Shown: piece by piece, positions 1-10,037 of the stretch | Position numbering within the stretch: position 1 is the stretch's first letter | Layout: each line of letters begins with the position of its first letter | Virus record (IMG/VR): IMGVR_UViG_3300042922_000643 | Coordinates: 187,544 to 251,543 of that record | Direction: 5' to 3' (one strand) | Length of the DNA stretch: 64,000 nt | Notes under the pieces: generated by a model | Told to the model about the DNA's origin: nothing | The model's input: only the letters and a program-made list of their open reading frames with translations | Databases searched by the model: none | Made by a program: the position numbers and the translations under genes

Positions 1-256
1 AATTATTCGCGTTACTGCAAAATCAAACACAAATTCGGTTGCTGGGTATCTCGCAATGGCTCTGCGTGAACATGGACGGGTTGAGATTCACGCTATTGGC
101 GGGGGTGCTGTAAATCAAGGGGTCAAGGCTATTGCAATCGCTCGCGGATATGTTGCTCCAAGCGGTGTTGATTTGATTTGCATTCCTGCCTTTGATCACA
201 CAGAGATCAACGGTGAAAGTAAAGTCCAGATCAAGTTCATCGTTGAACCTCGCTAA
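1..256 (+). CDS. spoVS: Stage V sporulation protein S homolog (5' end truncated by window edge)
   Basis: Frame is open from base 2: IIRVTAKSNTNSVAGYLAMALREHGRVEIHAIGGGAVNQGVKAIAIARGYVAPSGVDLICIPAF...KFIVEPR. This matches Bacillus SpoVS along its length. Confidence 0.95.
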   Translation, partial: IIRVTAKSNTNSVAGYLAMALREHGRVEIHAIGGGAVNQGVKAIAIARGYVAPSGVDLICIPAFDHTEINGESKVQIKFIVEPR

Positions 257-326
257 ATCGTACTTCGCTTATTCCCTAGCTCACACCTTATGTATACCTA
301 AAATTAAAAATGAGGAGTGTTTATTC

Positions 327-788
327 ATGCAAAGATTGCAAGGTATCGTGTCAGAAATCCCTACCCCTCCAGTTGCTACTCCTGTTCAAGAAGAGAAAGC
401 ACCTATGCCTATTAAGCCTGCGCGGGAATTCAATGCTTATTCTCCGTACTCTTATGGCCGAATGATGGAGCTTGAAAGATTGTACGCTAGAGAGCAGAAA
501 ATGAAACGTCTCGAATCTTTTACGATCAAGGTATCTATTGCTCTGACTCTAGTATTCTTCTGCGGGTTTATTACAACGGAGGTCTTAGGAAATAAGGCTC
601 CTTCTGTCGAATGGCAGAAAACTTATGTATATCCTGGCGATACGATGTGGGAACTGATTAAGGAATACAACCCAGATAAAGCATCTAAGTATGATATGCG
701 AGATCTTATTCAAATTATGACTGAACACAATGGTAATTCGAGTCGTATCCAGGCAGGTTCAATGATCAATGTACCCATTCTAAAATAG
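327..788 (+). CDS. Membrane-anchored LysM protein, YneA-like cell-division inhibitor
   Basis: GAGGAG RBS before ATG 327; single TM segment (VSIALTLVFFCGFIT) followed by C-terminal LysM (VYPGDTMWELIK...IQAGSMINVP). Confidence 0.7.
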   Translation: MQRLQGIVSEIPTPPVATPVQEEKAPMPIKPAREFNAYSPYSYGRMMELERLYAREQKMKRLESFTIKVSIALTLVFFCGFITTEVLGNKAPSVEWQKTYVYPGDTMWELIKEYNPDKASKYDMRDLIQIMTEHNGNSSRIQAGSMINVPILK

Positions 789-790
789 GA

Positions 791-1132
791 GTGATAACAA
801 TGGCATTTAAAATTGCGGCATTATTTACAAGAAAATCGGAGGCAGACTTAGTGTTGACACCTACGAACACGCTTAGCCAACGTCAAATTCAACGGATGTA
901 CAAAGTAGACTGGATGATCGAGTACAAGTACGGGATGCTGATGCTACTCGTTGGTTTAATTGCTGATGGCACAGAGGAACCTGGTGATATCCAGCTCGCC
1001 ATTCATATCACTCGGGAGATTGAATATCTGATTGAAGTCAGTCAATACATTCCAGAGAAGCATAAGGAATCTGTAAACCAAGACAATAAAAGACTTCGCG
1101 AGTTCTTTGAGGGATTAACTGTAATTAACTAG
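791..1132 (+). CDS. Hypothetical protein
   Basis: ORF with RBS, co-oriented. Confidence 0.6.
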   Translation: MITMAFKIAALFTRKSEADLVLTPTNTLSQRQIQRMYKVDWMIEYKYGMLMLLVGLIADGTEEPGDIQLAIHITREIEYLIEVSQYIPEKHKESVNQDNKRLREFFEGLTVIN

Positions 1133-1200
1133 GCGAAAGGGCACGTCGTGAGACGCCCCTCGTATAGAGTTTGCCTCTCTATACCTGATGATGCTAGGCA
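1129..1200 (+). ncRNA. Hammerhead ribozyme (type II topology, with loop-I pseudoknot)
   Basis: CGAAA - stem III (GGG/CCC plus CGTC-GTGA-GACG) - UC cleavage site at 1161 - stem I GTATAGAG/CTCTATAC - CTGATGA. The 3' AGGCA can pair with stem I loop TGCCT. Confidence 0.75.
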
Positions 1201-1309
1201 TACGTATCACAGATAAGCAAATACAAATGAAGGAAGGTGATTGGCTAATTAATGGCAATGCTCTACGTTTCATCCCATCTCATGTATCATCAAACCCAAA
1301 ATTAAAGGA

Positions 1310-2176
1310 GTGTTAACTACTATGTTTATAACTTATATCCTACCCCTGATTGCAACTATCTTATTCCTCTACTCCGCTGCTGCTTACCGCTTGAAAACAA
1401 AGAAGGCTCAACAACTAGAAGAAGAGGTTCGGGTGGCTGAAGAAAAGGAAGAGAAGGAAAGAGAAGTTGAAGCTAAGGAACGTGAAGTCATCATTAAGGA
1501 AGAACTGGTGATCAATCGTGATACTACTTTCAACTTTCCTCCTCGCATTCAAGGTCTTATCAAAGACTACAACTTCATCGTGTTCAAATTTACAGATGGG
1601 GATCGGACTACACCTTATGGTCGCTTGAATGACTTGATCAACTGTGAACAATTAACTCGGGAAGAGTTGGATAACCTCCGTAATTATGAGGCCCTGCTGA
1701 GTGAGCTACGCAGTAAAGCATATCAAGGTGTAAAACCTCGTGGCTACAAGATCTTTCTTGATATCATCGTGGGAGAAATCCTGCAATACAATCTAGGATA
1801 TCTAGGTCTAACTGACCGCAACCAAGCTGCTGTTAAGATTGCTAAGCATGACGACAATAATATGTATATCAGTCACATCTATTTCTCTGTCGATCTGCGT
1901 AGTGAAATTGTACGAGCTTATCCGATCTCTACAAAGGAAGGAGAAGAATTGTTTAAGAAGGAAATCCTCGCTGATTCATCTCTCTGCACGGTGTTCGATC
2001 TAGAACTGGAACGCTTCGAGCAATTGAAGAAGGAACTCCAGAAGTATAATCAACATCACCGTAATATTAAACCTGTAGAGGGTAGCTCACGCATGGAATA
2101 TGTTCAGGTTCCAAGTGTAGCTAAGGAAGATGAGGCTGTGGATTTCAACAATATACCAGTGGCTCCTCAGCGCTAG
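1310..2176 (+). CDS. Hypothetical membrane-anchored protein
   Basis: N-terminal TM helix then charged coiled coil; AAGGAG RBS. Confidence 0.7.
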   Translation: MLTTMFITYILPLIATILFLYSAAAYRLKTKKAQQLEEEVRVAEEKEEKEREVEAKEREVIIKEELVINRDTTFNFPPRIQGLIKDYNFIVFKFTDGDRTTPYGRLNDLINCEQLTREELDNLRNYEALLSELRSKAYQGVKPRGYKIFLDIIVGEILQYNLGYLGLTDRNQAAVKIAKHDDNNMYISHIYFSVDLRSEIVRAYPISTKEGEELFKKEILADSSLCTVFDLELERFEQLKKELQKYNQHHRNIKPVEGSSRMEYVQVPSVAKEDEAVDFNNIPVAPQR

Positions 2177-2221
2177 TATGGACACCATCGGATTGGCACA
2201 CCCCATATAGGAGGGATCATC

Positions 2222-2770
2222 ATGACGATTGTTACTTTACTGTTACTCCTTGTCATTGGTGCCGTTACTCTGAAACTTTATGTTCGTTATCAGAGAATTC
2301 GAGTTAAGGAATTACGCAGGGAAAGAGAACCTGCTATCTTTCATGTAAACCCGCGAAAAGGAAGAATACACCTTCGTCAGCCTATCCAGAGAAATCTTCG
2401 GCGAGCTTCGTGGATGATTGCACAGAACAATCCCCGTGTTAACGACAACATTAGGGAGTATTGTGAAGTGTTAGGCGTTGACAATTCTTGTTCCTATTTA
2501 GACACCTCAAAGCTGTGGGATACGACGGGTGGTAGCGCTCGTCGTCTTCTTCTGCGAGCAAAACAAAAGATCTTTTCGGAATCTAGTCTGTTCAGCATGA
2601 TTGCCCGTAACGATCTGAAGAAAGAATCTGTCTTGATCAATCGTGTATTGAACAAGGTTAGATGCAGAAGAAATCGCAGCTATAAACTACTAATCAAATT
2701 CATAAGAAAAGAAGGAGAAGTGGACCCACATGAAAACAAATCGCCAAGACTTATTCACAGGTGTAAATAA
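2222..2770 (+). CDS. Hypothetical basic membrane-anchored protein
   Basis: N-terminal TM helix, Arg-rich body; RBS. Confidence 0.65.
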   Translation: MTIVTLLLLLVIGAVTLKLYVRYQRIRVKELRREREPAIFHVNPRKGRIHLRQPIQRNLRRASWMIAQNNPRVNDNIREYCEVLGVDNSCSYLDTSKLWDTTGGSARRLLLRAKQKIFSESSLFSMIARNDLKKESVLINRVLNKVRCRRNRSYKLLIKFIRKEGEVDPHENKSPRLIHRCK

Positions 2771-3287
2771 CAATTCCGTATACAATGAAGCAGGTGTTGA
2801 GCTGTTCCTTCGTATCACACTGTATCGCACCTATCTGTTATATCACGCTCAGAACGTAATTTACAGAAAGAGTGTGATCAGCGATCATGTTGACTTAGAA
2901 GTGTATGGAGCAATCATTGAACAGTTCTATGTTGACGCAGACGGTGAAGAACATGTTGTGCAATCTATGGATAGTGGACCTCTCTCTGGGCAACAATATG
3001 AGGTTAGCTACCTAGTAAACAATCTTGTTCGTATGCCGATTGGTTCGTTGGATCAGGTCGCTGCCTTCATTACGGAAGAGAAAGCCACCTGGAATAAGAA
3101 TATATGGGGCAACCCATTTGGTAAAGCAGCGGAGAATGCACTGAAAGAAAAGCGGAGAAGAGAAGCGTTCTCCTCAACGGAAGAGACTCATAACTACCAA
3201 CGCAGCAAGAAGGCACTCGCTAGATTCAACCATGAGTCTGTATTTCTAAGCAAAGGAAACGCAACGAAAGGAGGACTGAATATCTAA
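2730..3287 (+). CDS. Hypothetical protein
   Basis: AAGGAG RBS; stop overlaps next start. Confidence 0.65.
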   Translation: MKTNRQDLFTGVNNNSVYNEAGVELFLRITLYRTYLLYHAQNVIYRKSVISDHVDLEVYGAIIEQFYVDADGEEHVVQSMDSGPLSGQQYEVSYLVNNLVRMPIGSLDQVAAFITEEKATWNKNIWGNPFGKAAENALKEKRRREAFSSTEETHNYQRSKKALARFNHESVFLSKGNATKGGLNI

Positions 3288-3712
3288 TGGCTATTCTGAT
3301 TGCAGACACAATTGCGCATATTGTCTATAAGCTGAAGGATCAATTAGTTAGAGCACTTATCCAGCATGAATCTTTTGTTATTCACCTTGAGGACACTCAT
3401 TTACACCCAGAACTTGCAGATTGCACTATTCCATGTGAATTCGATCAAAGTACACGCAGAGTAGAGAAGATTAAGGAACAGGTCGAGCAGTACAGCCTGT
3501 TTGATCCCTCACTGCTGGACTATATCGAACAAGTAGACCAAGAGATTGGTAATATAGCAGATCGCTTCTTAGGCTGGGCACATCGCAAAATGATCAGCAC
3601 CAGAGAAGCTATGGATAAATTCGGTCGTTCACAATCAACGATCTATCGCTGGATACGGTCTGGCAAATTGCAGGCGGTAAAAGAAAGAGGTCGTTGGTTG
3701 ATCTCCGCGTAA
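3287..3712 (+). CDS. DNA-binding protein with C-terminal excisionase/MerR-like HTH (HTH_17 type)
   Basis: ISTREAMDKFGRSQSTIYRWIRSGKLQAVKERGRWLI is a typical HTH_17 pattern. Confidence 0.8.
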   Translation: MAILIADTIAHIVYKLKDQLVRALIQHESFVIHLEDTHLHPELADCTIPCEFDQSTRRVEKIKEQVEQYSLFDPSLLDYIEQVDQEIGNIADRFLGWAHRKMISTREAMDKFGRSQSTIYRWIRSGKLQAVKERGRWLISA

Positions 3713-4222
3713 TTTCAGTATGTGTTTGACCGCTCACAAGTAACCTTGAATTCTGAGGTGAGGGGCTGCTAGAGATAGCAGTGATAAGGCAGGGCTTGGG
3801 TGAGCGTAAATAAGGTAAGGAGGAAGAGATCCAGACGGAGAGAGTCCGTCAACGAACTGTATTTGCCTTTGGGAGAGGCAGTTACCGTAAATGAGGTTGT
3901 CTTTTGCAAAATACTCTAATCGTACCCTTTTCGCACCAGTAAAGAGACTTTTATTTAAAACTCTACGAAAAAGGTGACCTCACATGAACAACAAGACTAT
4001 CAAAATCCCGAATACAACCAGATTGGCAGACGCACTGGGTTTTACCTCGCTAATAAAGGAGGTGATGCCGATGTAGATCCATTAGCACTTGAGCCATGCG
4101 TTTTTTAAGTGGAGGGTGGAGTTTCTCTTAGCCTGACCGACACGCCGTCCTAAAAGAATTTGGATTTCTGTCCTGAAGTATGACACTAAACTGCTTACAC
4201 CAACTATTAGGAGGATTTACAA

Positions 4223-4606
4223 ATGGAAAAGAATCAAATCATCACTATGTATGCCGCTTATCGTTTCGAGGATATTGAGATTGAGGAGCAAGCACAAATG
4301 CTTAAAGCAAACAATGCTGCTCTCTCCCCTACGATTCGTCGTGACGCTCTGGATTGCCTGGAAGTCATTGAGCTGATTAAAGAGGTCTATATGACCGCCG
4401 CTCAACAGGGTGTAAACATCCTGGGGATGCGCTTTGATCTGGCCTTCCAATACGCTACAGGTCAAACCCTAGATCGTTATAAAGATCGTGGTATCGTTGG
4501 CTCGGCATGGTCTGGTGTAGACCGTGGCATTGACGTCTCTGTTGGCGTGATGCGTACAGGGCTCAATCGCTTTGGTCAATGGCTGTCTAGTAAGACTGCT
4601 AAGTAA
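4223..4606 (+). CDS. Hypothetical protein
   Basis: AGGAGG RBS, biased codon usage. Confidence 0.7.
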   Translation: MEKNQIITMYAAYRFEDIEIEEQAQMLKANNAALSPTIRRDALDCLEVIELIKEVYMTAAQQGVNILGMRFDLAFQYATGQTLDRYKDRGIVGSAWSGVDRGIDVSVGVMRTGLNRFGQWLSSKTAK

Positions 4607-4668
4607 TCTAGTAAATCTATTAACCATCCGTCAGCTCAATAAGGAGCGGGATAAAGGAGAAAACTATT

Positions 4669-5196
4669 ATGTCTAACCTGTCTTTCGAACAAATCCGTAA
4701 AGCTATGTCCGTTAATGTTGCTACTGCCCCGTCTGCTGCTCTGGAGAAAACGAAGAAGGCTGTAAGCGCCGTAGGATCGTTTGTAGGCGGTGTTCTTCCT
4801 GCGACTAACAACGCCCTGGATGAACGTACAGAACGTCTCCTGGAGCTTCTGGTGATCACTCAGATGGATCTCTCGCACTTGCGTGACCAACTCGGTATGG
4901 ATATCAATCCAGAGGAGATGGATCAGCAGGCTATGACGGATGCCGTGTCCATGTATATGAGCTCATTCAAGAAGAAGCGGGAGAAAGCTGTTGAACCTCA
5001 ACCTCAAATGACTGCTCCTGGAACGGTAGAGCAATCACGTCTGCAAGCATTCCTTCAGGGGGGCACACAAGAAGCACCAGCTCCATCTGCGGCTCCTGTC
5101 GTAAACGTAGCGCCTGTGGTAGGGGTGAGCAAACCTACCACCCTTGGAGACATGACTGTCTCCATGGAATCCCCAACAGAATGGCATAAGATGTAG
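4669..5196 (+). CDS. Hypothetical protein
   Basis: AAGGAG RBS, biased codon usage. Confidence 0.7.
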   Translation: MSNLSFEQIRKAMSVNVATAPSAALEKTKKAVSAVGSFVGGVLPATNNALDERTERLLELLVITQMDLSHLRDQLGMDINPEEMDQQAMTDAVSMYMSSFKKKREKAVEPQPQMTAPGTVEQSRLQAFLQGGTQEAPAPSAAPVVNVAPVVGVSKPTTLGDMTVSMESPTEWHKM

Positions 5197-5273
5197 TCTT
5201 GTCGTGTCGGGCTGTCTGCAAGTCTCGTACTACCAAAAAATCGCGCCCAAAGAGGCCAAAGGAGAAATTTCTA

Positions 5274-7277
5274 ATGAAAAATGTTAACGTTACTGCTGCT
5301 AGTTTTGTCGTAGGTAAGAATGCGGATCTGACTGTACGTGTTGCTGAAATGGTAGAGGCAGGCGTGTTGACAGACAAAGCATTTGAAATGGCTGAGCTGG
5401 TAAAAGCAGGTATGTCTGTTGGGATCACTGTTCGTAATCCTCACAACAAGAAAGAGCATATCGCTGAGGTCAACGAATTGGTTGGCATCCTGAATCGTAT
5501 GGTTGCTGAAGATCTGGAAGTTGTTGTTGAAGAAGCTCCAAAACAAACTACAAAGAAAGAAGTGGTAGAAATGAAAACAGCTCCAATGACAAAAGAAGAT
5601 ATTAAGGCTCGCATCATTCACCTGGAAGGCGAAATTGTATTGGCTGAGAAACTGTTCACAGATGGCAAACTGAAATTCGACAAAAAGACTGAACGCATCA
5701 ACGCTGCGGATCGTGAGATTGATATTCTCAGACGCAAGCTGGCTGAACTGTCTGCCCCTACTGAAACAATGAGCGGTCACACTCGTACAGCAAGAGAACT
5801 GTGGGCAGACCGTCATGTCGATATCAGCGCAGGTAGTGCGACTGCTGCTCAGAACGATCACAGTAAGGGTGCAAGAAACGCTGCATTCCGTGAAATCTCG
5901 GATCGTATTGAATATGCAAAGAATGACTATATGGCATCCCTGAAGTCCAATGATGTTGTTGTGTATGACATCGTCTACAAACAGGGTGACTATGATCGTA
6001 TTGGTAACATCGTATTCCGTGTTCCTGCTGGTATGATGGAAATCAGCAAATGGACAGGTGAAAAGTATGAATGGGTATCCATGGACGATCATGACTATGA
6101 TGGTACACTGCCTACTAGACGTCGTCTGATGGCTGGTTCTGGCTTCATCCGTTTGGCTATCAAGATGGATGCCAACAAAATGCCATATATCTCTTGGCCG
6201 AAGTCCAAAGGTAAAAATGAAGGTCAGTACTATGAAGTATTCAAGACAGCTGATGCTCGCTTTGACTTCTTGACTTCCGATAACAACCTGAATCTGAAAG
6301 CAGCTCTGGAAACTTTCTTGCTCACCTTCTGGGGTAAGCTAATGACTGCCAACGTTCGTAATCGTTCAGCTTTCAATGCAAGCTGCAACAATTGCAGATT
6401 CAAGACTGACCTGCCAATCTATGATGGTGTGGATGAAGAGTATGAGCACAAAGCAAATGCTATCGACACTTCTGAGCTGGGTCAATATGGTTCCCGTATG
6501 CCACAGCTGATCTGCACCGTGCATAGCCAACTGATGGACCGTGATCTGATTGAAGAAGTGAATGAATCGGAAGCTGTGCAAGGTAAACAGTATTTCGATG
6601 AAGAAGGTAATGTTCGCTTTGCGGGTCCGAATCATGTTGTGGTTGGTGGTAAGCCTGTTGCTCTGTATAATCTGCGGAGTCAGGCTACTGTAGACACTTG
6701 CGCTGGATGCCCGTTCTACTCCAAGAACGAACGCAAACCAGACAAACGTTATGACAAGGAAGTTGAAGAAGCAGTATTCGAATACACCAAGGCTGGTGGC
6801 AAGATCGTTCGTAAAGAAGAAGATGGCCGCCTGGATCTGAAAGCTATGGGCATCTATGTGAGCAAATACTGGACAGATCGTGCAAATGCAAACGCTCAGC
6901 CTGTATTCACGAAGACTATCGAGCATGGTAATACAAAGTGGACTCTGGGCTTCCCTGGTGAATTCGAGAACCCACAAGACTTCATGGTTATGGGTATCGG
7001 CGGTATTCGTATCTATGGTTCCCCTGATGTACTGCGTGTTGCGAAATGGGACTTCGTTCCACAAGTCGAAGCATTCCGTGCAGAAGAAGCCTCGGTTCTT
7101 AAGCTGGTTGATATCATTCACCAGACTGCAAATCAGATCACTCGTATTGATCAGGCCACCCTGGATAACGTCATTAAGATGATCCAGACTACACCTAAGC
7201 CAGTGAAGGAACCATTGGTGACTCGTTACAACCGTGCGATCAAACGTTTGGCTGATACGATCCGCGAAAATCAATAA
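5274..7277 (+). CDS. Large hypothetical protein with putative Zn-binding Cys clusters and a SpoVG-like segment
   Basis: AAAGGAG RBS before ATG 5274 (preferred over 5199); CNNC, ICTVH and CAGC motifs; YISWPKSKGKNEGQYYEVF segment. Confidence 0.75.
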   Translation: MKNVNVTAASFVVGKNADLTVRVAEMVEAGVLTDKAFEMAELVKAGMSVGITVRNPHNKKEHIAEVNELVGILNRMVAEDLEVVVEEAPKQTTKKEVVEMKTAPMTKEDIKARIIHLEGEIVLAEKLFTDGKLKFDKKTERINAADREIDILRRKLAELSAPTETMSGHTRTARELWADRHVDISAGSATAAQNDHSKGARNAAFREISDRIEYAKNDYMASLKSNDVVVYDIVYKQGDYDRIGNIVFRVPAGMMEISKWTGEKYEWVSMDDHDYDGTLPTRRRLMAGSGFIRLAIKMDANKMPYISWPKSKGKNEGQYYEVFKTADARFDFLTSDNNLNLKAALETFLLTFWGKLMTANVRNRSAFNASCNNCRFKTDLPIYDGVDEEYEHKANAIDTSELGQYGSRMPQLICTVHSQLMDRDLIEEVNESEAVQGKQYFDEEGNVRFAGPNHVVVGGKPVALYNLRSQATVDTCAGCPFYSKNERKPDKRYDKEVEEAVFEYTKAGGKIVRKEEDGRLDLKAMGIYVSKYWTDRANANAQPVFTKTIEHGNTKWTLGFPGEFENPQDFMVMGIGGIRIYGSPDVLRVAKWDFVPQVEAFRAEEASVLKLVDIIHQTANQITRIDQATLDNVIKMIQTTPKPVKEPLVTRYNRAIKRLADTIRENQ

Positions 7278-7293
7278 TTACTGTCGTCTAGTC

Positions 7294-7331
7294 GGCGGGG
7301 CTATGGGAGAGCACCTATAGCCCTTTTTGTT
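7294..7331 (+). terminator. Intrinsic terminator
   Basis: GGGGCTATGGG...CCTATAGCCCC followed by a T-run. Confidence 0.8.
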
Positions 7332-7418
7332 TTGCATAGAAGAGGGATCAGCGTCTCTATCTATTAAAATGCTGAATAAAACTAATCGCCCCAAAGAGGG
7401 CCAAAGGAGATCAATCAC

Positions 7419-9371
7419 ATGAACAAATTTTTCGCAGGCGTACAAAACGGTATCTACACTCAGTCCATCAAAGCTTCTGACCTGGTCAATGACAAGAAGC
7501 TGCAATCCGAGCTGGTAAGCCAAGCAATCTCTGAAGGCAAAGCATTCTCGATCACTTCGAATGATAAGCAGATGAAGACAGACGTGGCTCGTACGATGCA
7601 AAGTCAGTTCTCGGCTCGGGTTCAAGCATTGGTAGACTCTGCAATTGAACTGGAATCCACAGAGATTCTGGATCAGCTGCGTGAGGATGGCAAGATTGCC
7701 AAGGAAGTCTTTGAGTATGTAGAAGACCTGTATACCTCCCGCCTCGAAGAAATCCGCAACCCTTATGTTCCTGCTGCGGAAGTTATGATTGAAAAAGGTG
7801 TGAACCTCACCAAAGAACAAGTGCTGGCTCAAATGATGTCGATGGGTCTGATGCTGCATGAAACTTGCATCACACCTGCTGGTGAAGGCGTAATCGTTGC
7901 GTTTGAAGCGACTGCAAGTGGCACCATTGCAGCTGTCTCCGTTGATGGTGCATCCCCACGTCGCTATATGGCTACAAAGCTGGAAGGTCAAGGATTCCAA
8001 AACCAAACTCAAGGAGTGATTTCGATGGTAAACAAGAACGTACAATCTCAGGTGGCAATCAGCAACGACAACAACAATACAATCAAAGGAGAAGTGAAAA
8101 CAATGATGAACAACAATGTGAGTGAAGAGGCTAAGTCGATGGTAGAAAAAGCAATCCTGGGTGAAGTGTCCGAGAACATGCTGAATGACGAAGAATATGC
8201 TGAGCTGGTTGAACTGCGTTTGAACATGAGCGCTGAAGATCGTGAAGCATTGGCCGATGCAAAGATCCAGCAAGAACTGGCTGCCTTGGCTCAGCAGGAA
8301 GATGCAGGTAAAGAAGAAGTGGCTAAGCTGGCGAACTCCGAAGCTGCTCAAGCATTCTTGGCACTGGCTGGAAGCGCACCAGCTCCAAAGGCTACTGAAG
8401 GCGAAGTTAAAGCCCCAGTAACTGGCGGAGCTCCTGTCATTGCCGCTAACCAACGCAACAACCGTTCCAACAACACTACTCGTCAAGCTGCTGCCGCTGC
8501 TAGCCAACCACAAAACAACCAACCAAAAGGAGAAGTGAAAACAATGACAACAACTACTAATAACAATGCAGGTAACAACAACAATGCAGGTTTCCAATCC
8601 GTACAGTCTTCCGCATTCTCGGGTGCAAATGCTGGTGCAGGCCGTTCTGCTAACACTACACTGGAATTCGCATTCGGTGGAGCTAATACTGCTGCAACTG
8701 TACAGGGATGGGAAAACATTGAGTCCAAGCTGGCTGAAATCAACTTGGATGAATATGTAGGCCGCGGCACTAACGGTAACCAAGATTTCGTATGGTATGT
8801 ACAAGAAGCTGCTAAATATGAAGGAATGATGATGGACCTGACTACTCTGCAAGAAAACGCAATGGCTAACCCTGAGCTGGGTATCACTGCGATCAAATTC
8901 TACACTCCTGCTTCTGTTGCTGCTCTGTACAACCGTCAGCCAAACGAAAAAGACTTCATCGTCGTTGAAGTGTTCTTCGGTCTGACTTCTTACGAGTTCA
9001 CTTTCCGTCGTGGTACTTCCAACCGTGATTCCAAGCCTTACATCTACAGCAACAACATCGCTCGTAAACAAGCTAAGAACAGCGCTAACTTCTATTGCGA
9101 ATATGTTTCTTCCCGTCGTACTGACAAGCTGACTATCGTTCAACAAGCTGATGGCACTTTCCGTGAAGCTCGTAAAGTATGGGAAAACGGCACACAAGTG
9201 ATCCACACTGAAGATGCTCCATTCGCAGTTGAAGTGGGCGGCGACACTTGGGTGAACGTAGCTCCTAACTACGGTATCAAGATTGGTCAGGCTGTATTCG
9301 TTCAAATCATGTTGCTGGTTGACGAAGTATCGGGTCTGAAAGGATTCCGCGACGCAAAAGCTAACAACTAA
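7419..9371 (+). CDS. Large hypothetical protein with low-complexity linkers and in-frame internal starts
   Basis: 650-aa ORF with strong codon bias; AAAGGAGAAGTGAAAACAATG occurs twice in frame. Confidence 0.8.
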   Translation: MNKFFAGVQNGIYTQSIKASDLVNDKKLQSELVSQAISEGKAFSITSNDKQMKTDVARTMQSQFSARVQALVDSAIELESTEILDQLREDGKIAKEVFEYVEDLYTSRLEEIRNPYVPAAEVMIEKGVNLTKEQVLAQMMSMGLMLHETCITPAGEGVIVAFEATASGTIAAVSVDGASPRRYMATKLEGQGFQNQTQGVISMVNKNVQSQVAISNDNNNTIKGEVKTMMNNNVSEEAKSMVEKAILGEVSENMLNDEEYAELVELRLNMSAEDREALADAKIQQELAALAQQEDAGKEEVAKLANSEAAQAFLALAGSAPAPKATEGEVKAPVTGGAPVIAANQRNNRSNNTTRQAAAAASQPQNNQPKGEVKTMTTTTNNNAGNNNNAGFQSVQSSAFSGANAGAGRSANTTLEFAFGGANTAATVQGWENIESKLAEINLDEYVGRGTNGNQDFVWYVQEAAKYEGMMMDLTTLQENAMANPELGITAIKFYTPASVAALYNRQPNEKDFIVVEVFFGLTSYEFTFRRGTSNRDSKPYIYSNNIARKQAKNSANFYCEYVSSRRTDKLTIVQQADGTFREARKVWENGTQVIHTEDAPFAVEVGGDTWVNVAPNYGIKIGQAVFVQIMLLVDEVSGLKGFRDAKANN

Positions 9372-9385
9372 TATCCATTCACCAT

Positions 9386-9417
9386 GGGGAGTCCTTCGGG
9401 GCTCCTCTTTTATTTTA
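9386..9417 (+). terminator. Intrinsic terminator
   Basis: GGGGAGTCC-TTCG-GGGCTCCTC followed by a T-run. Confidence 0.85.
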
Positions 9418-9431
9418 AATTAGAGGAGACG

Positions 9432-10037
9432 ATGAAAATGATTAAACTCTTACCCATAGCTCCAACATTAGAGATTAAAAAACCTGAAGACAAAATGCTC
9501 TCGGATATCTTTTGTGATATTCGTCAATATGTAGATAGTGAGCTCTGTGCTATTTGCTTGGTTGAGTTTAGTAGTGAATTGTCTGCGGATGGGGCGACCA
9601 TTGAATTTTATAGTACAAAAGAGTCAGATGAATTGATCTACTCTCGCATCAAATTAGGTACGGGGCTCAAGGGAAATCCTGAGCTGTTAGTTATTAGCTA
9701 TGCCCATGAGATAGGACATCTAGAGGATATCATTATGAATTTTGATAGCAAGTTGAATGCTTATTCCGAGGTTTGTGGTGAACCAGGGAATCCTGAAGCT
9801 GAGCTCAGGGGAGAGGATCGGGCCTGGCTGAGATCTATCGATCTATTACACAGGCATAAGTTTGCTCTATGGTCTTCTTTTTTGGATTGTGTCCAAAGTT
9901 CTTTGTTCACCTATGTCGAAGAAATGATGTTGTCTCGTCAAGATCAACACAGGCTTTTAACAAGTATGATGTCACGCTATCAGAAGAAAATTGATAGTTT
10001 GGTTCTTGAGCCCGAAACGAGCGAACGCGAGGCATAG
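9432..10037 (+). CDS. Zincin-like HExxH metallopeptidase (ImmA/IrrE-like)
   Basis: YAHEIGH motif with downstream EDRAW glutamate; GAGGAG RBS. Confidence 0.6.
   Translation: MKMIKLLPIAPTLEIKKPEDKMLSDIFCDIRQYVDSELCAICLVEFSSELSADGATIEFYSTKESDELIYSRIKLGTGLKGNPELLVISYAHEIGHLEDIIMNFDSKLNAYSEVCGEPGNPEAELRGEDRAWLRSIDLLHRHKFALWSSFLDCVQSSLFTYVEEMMLSRQDQHRLLTSMMSRYQKKIDSLVLEPETSEREA

Noticed and set aside
5199-5273. ORF-track upstream starts at 192, 5199, 9384, 10971, 19398, 33419, 52910 and 54021
   Set aside because: Better RBS-led starts lie downstream; the extensions run through terminators or hairpins.
7278-9305. 675-aa minus-strand ORF (also 6366-7274, 5271-6092, 41571-42668)
   Set aside because: Antisense shadows of strongly codon-biased + strand genes; no RBS and no protein-like composition.
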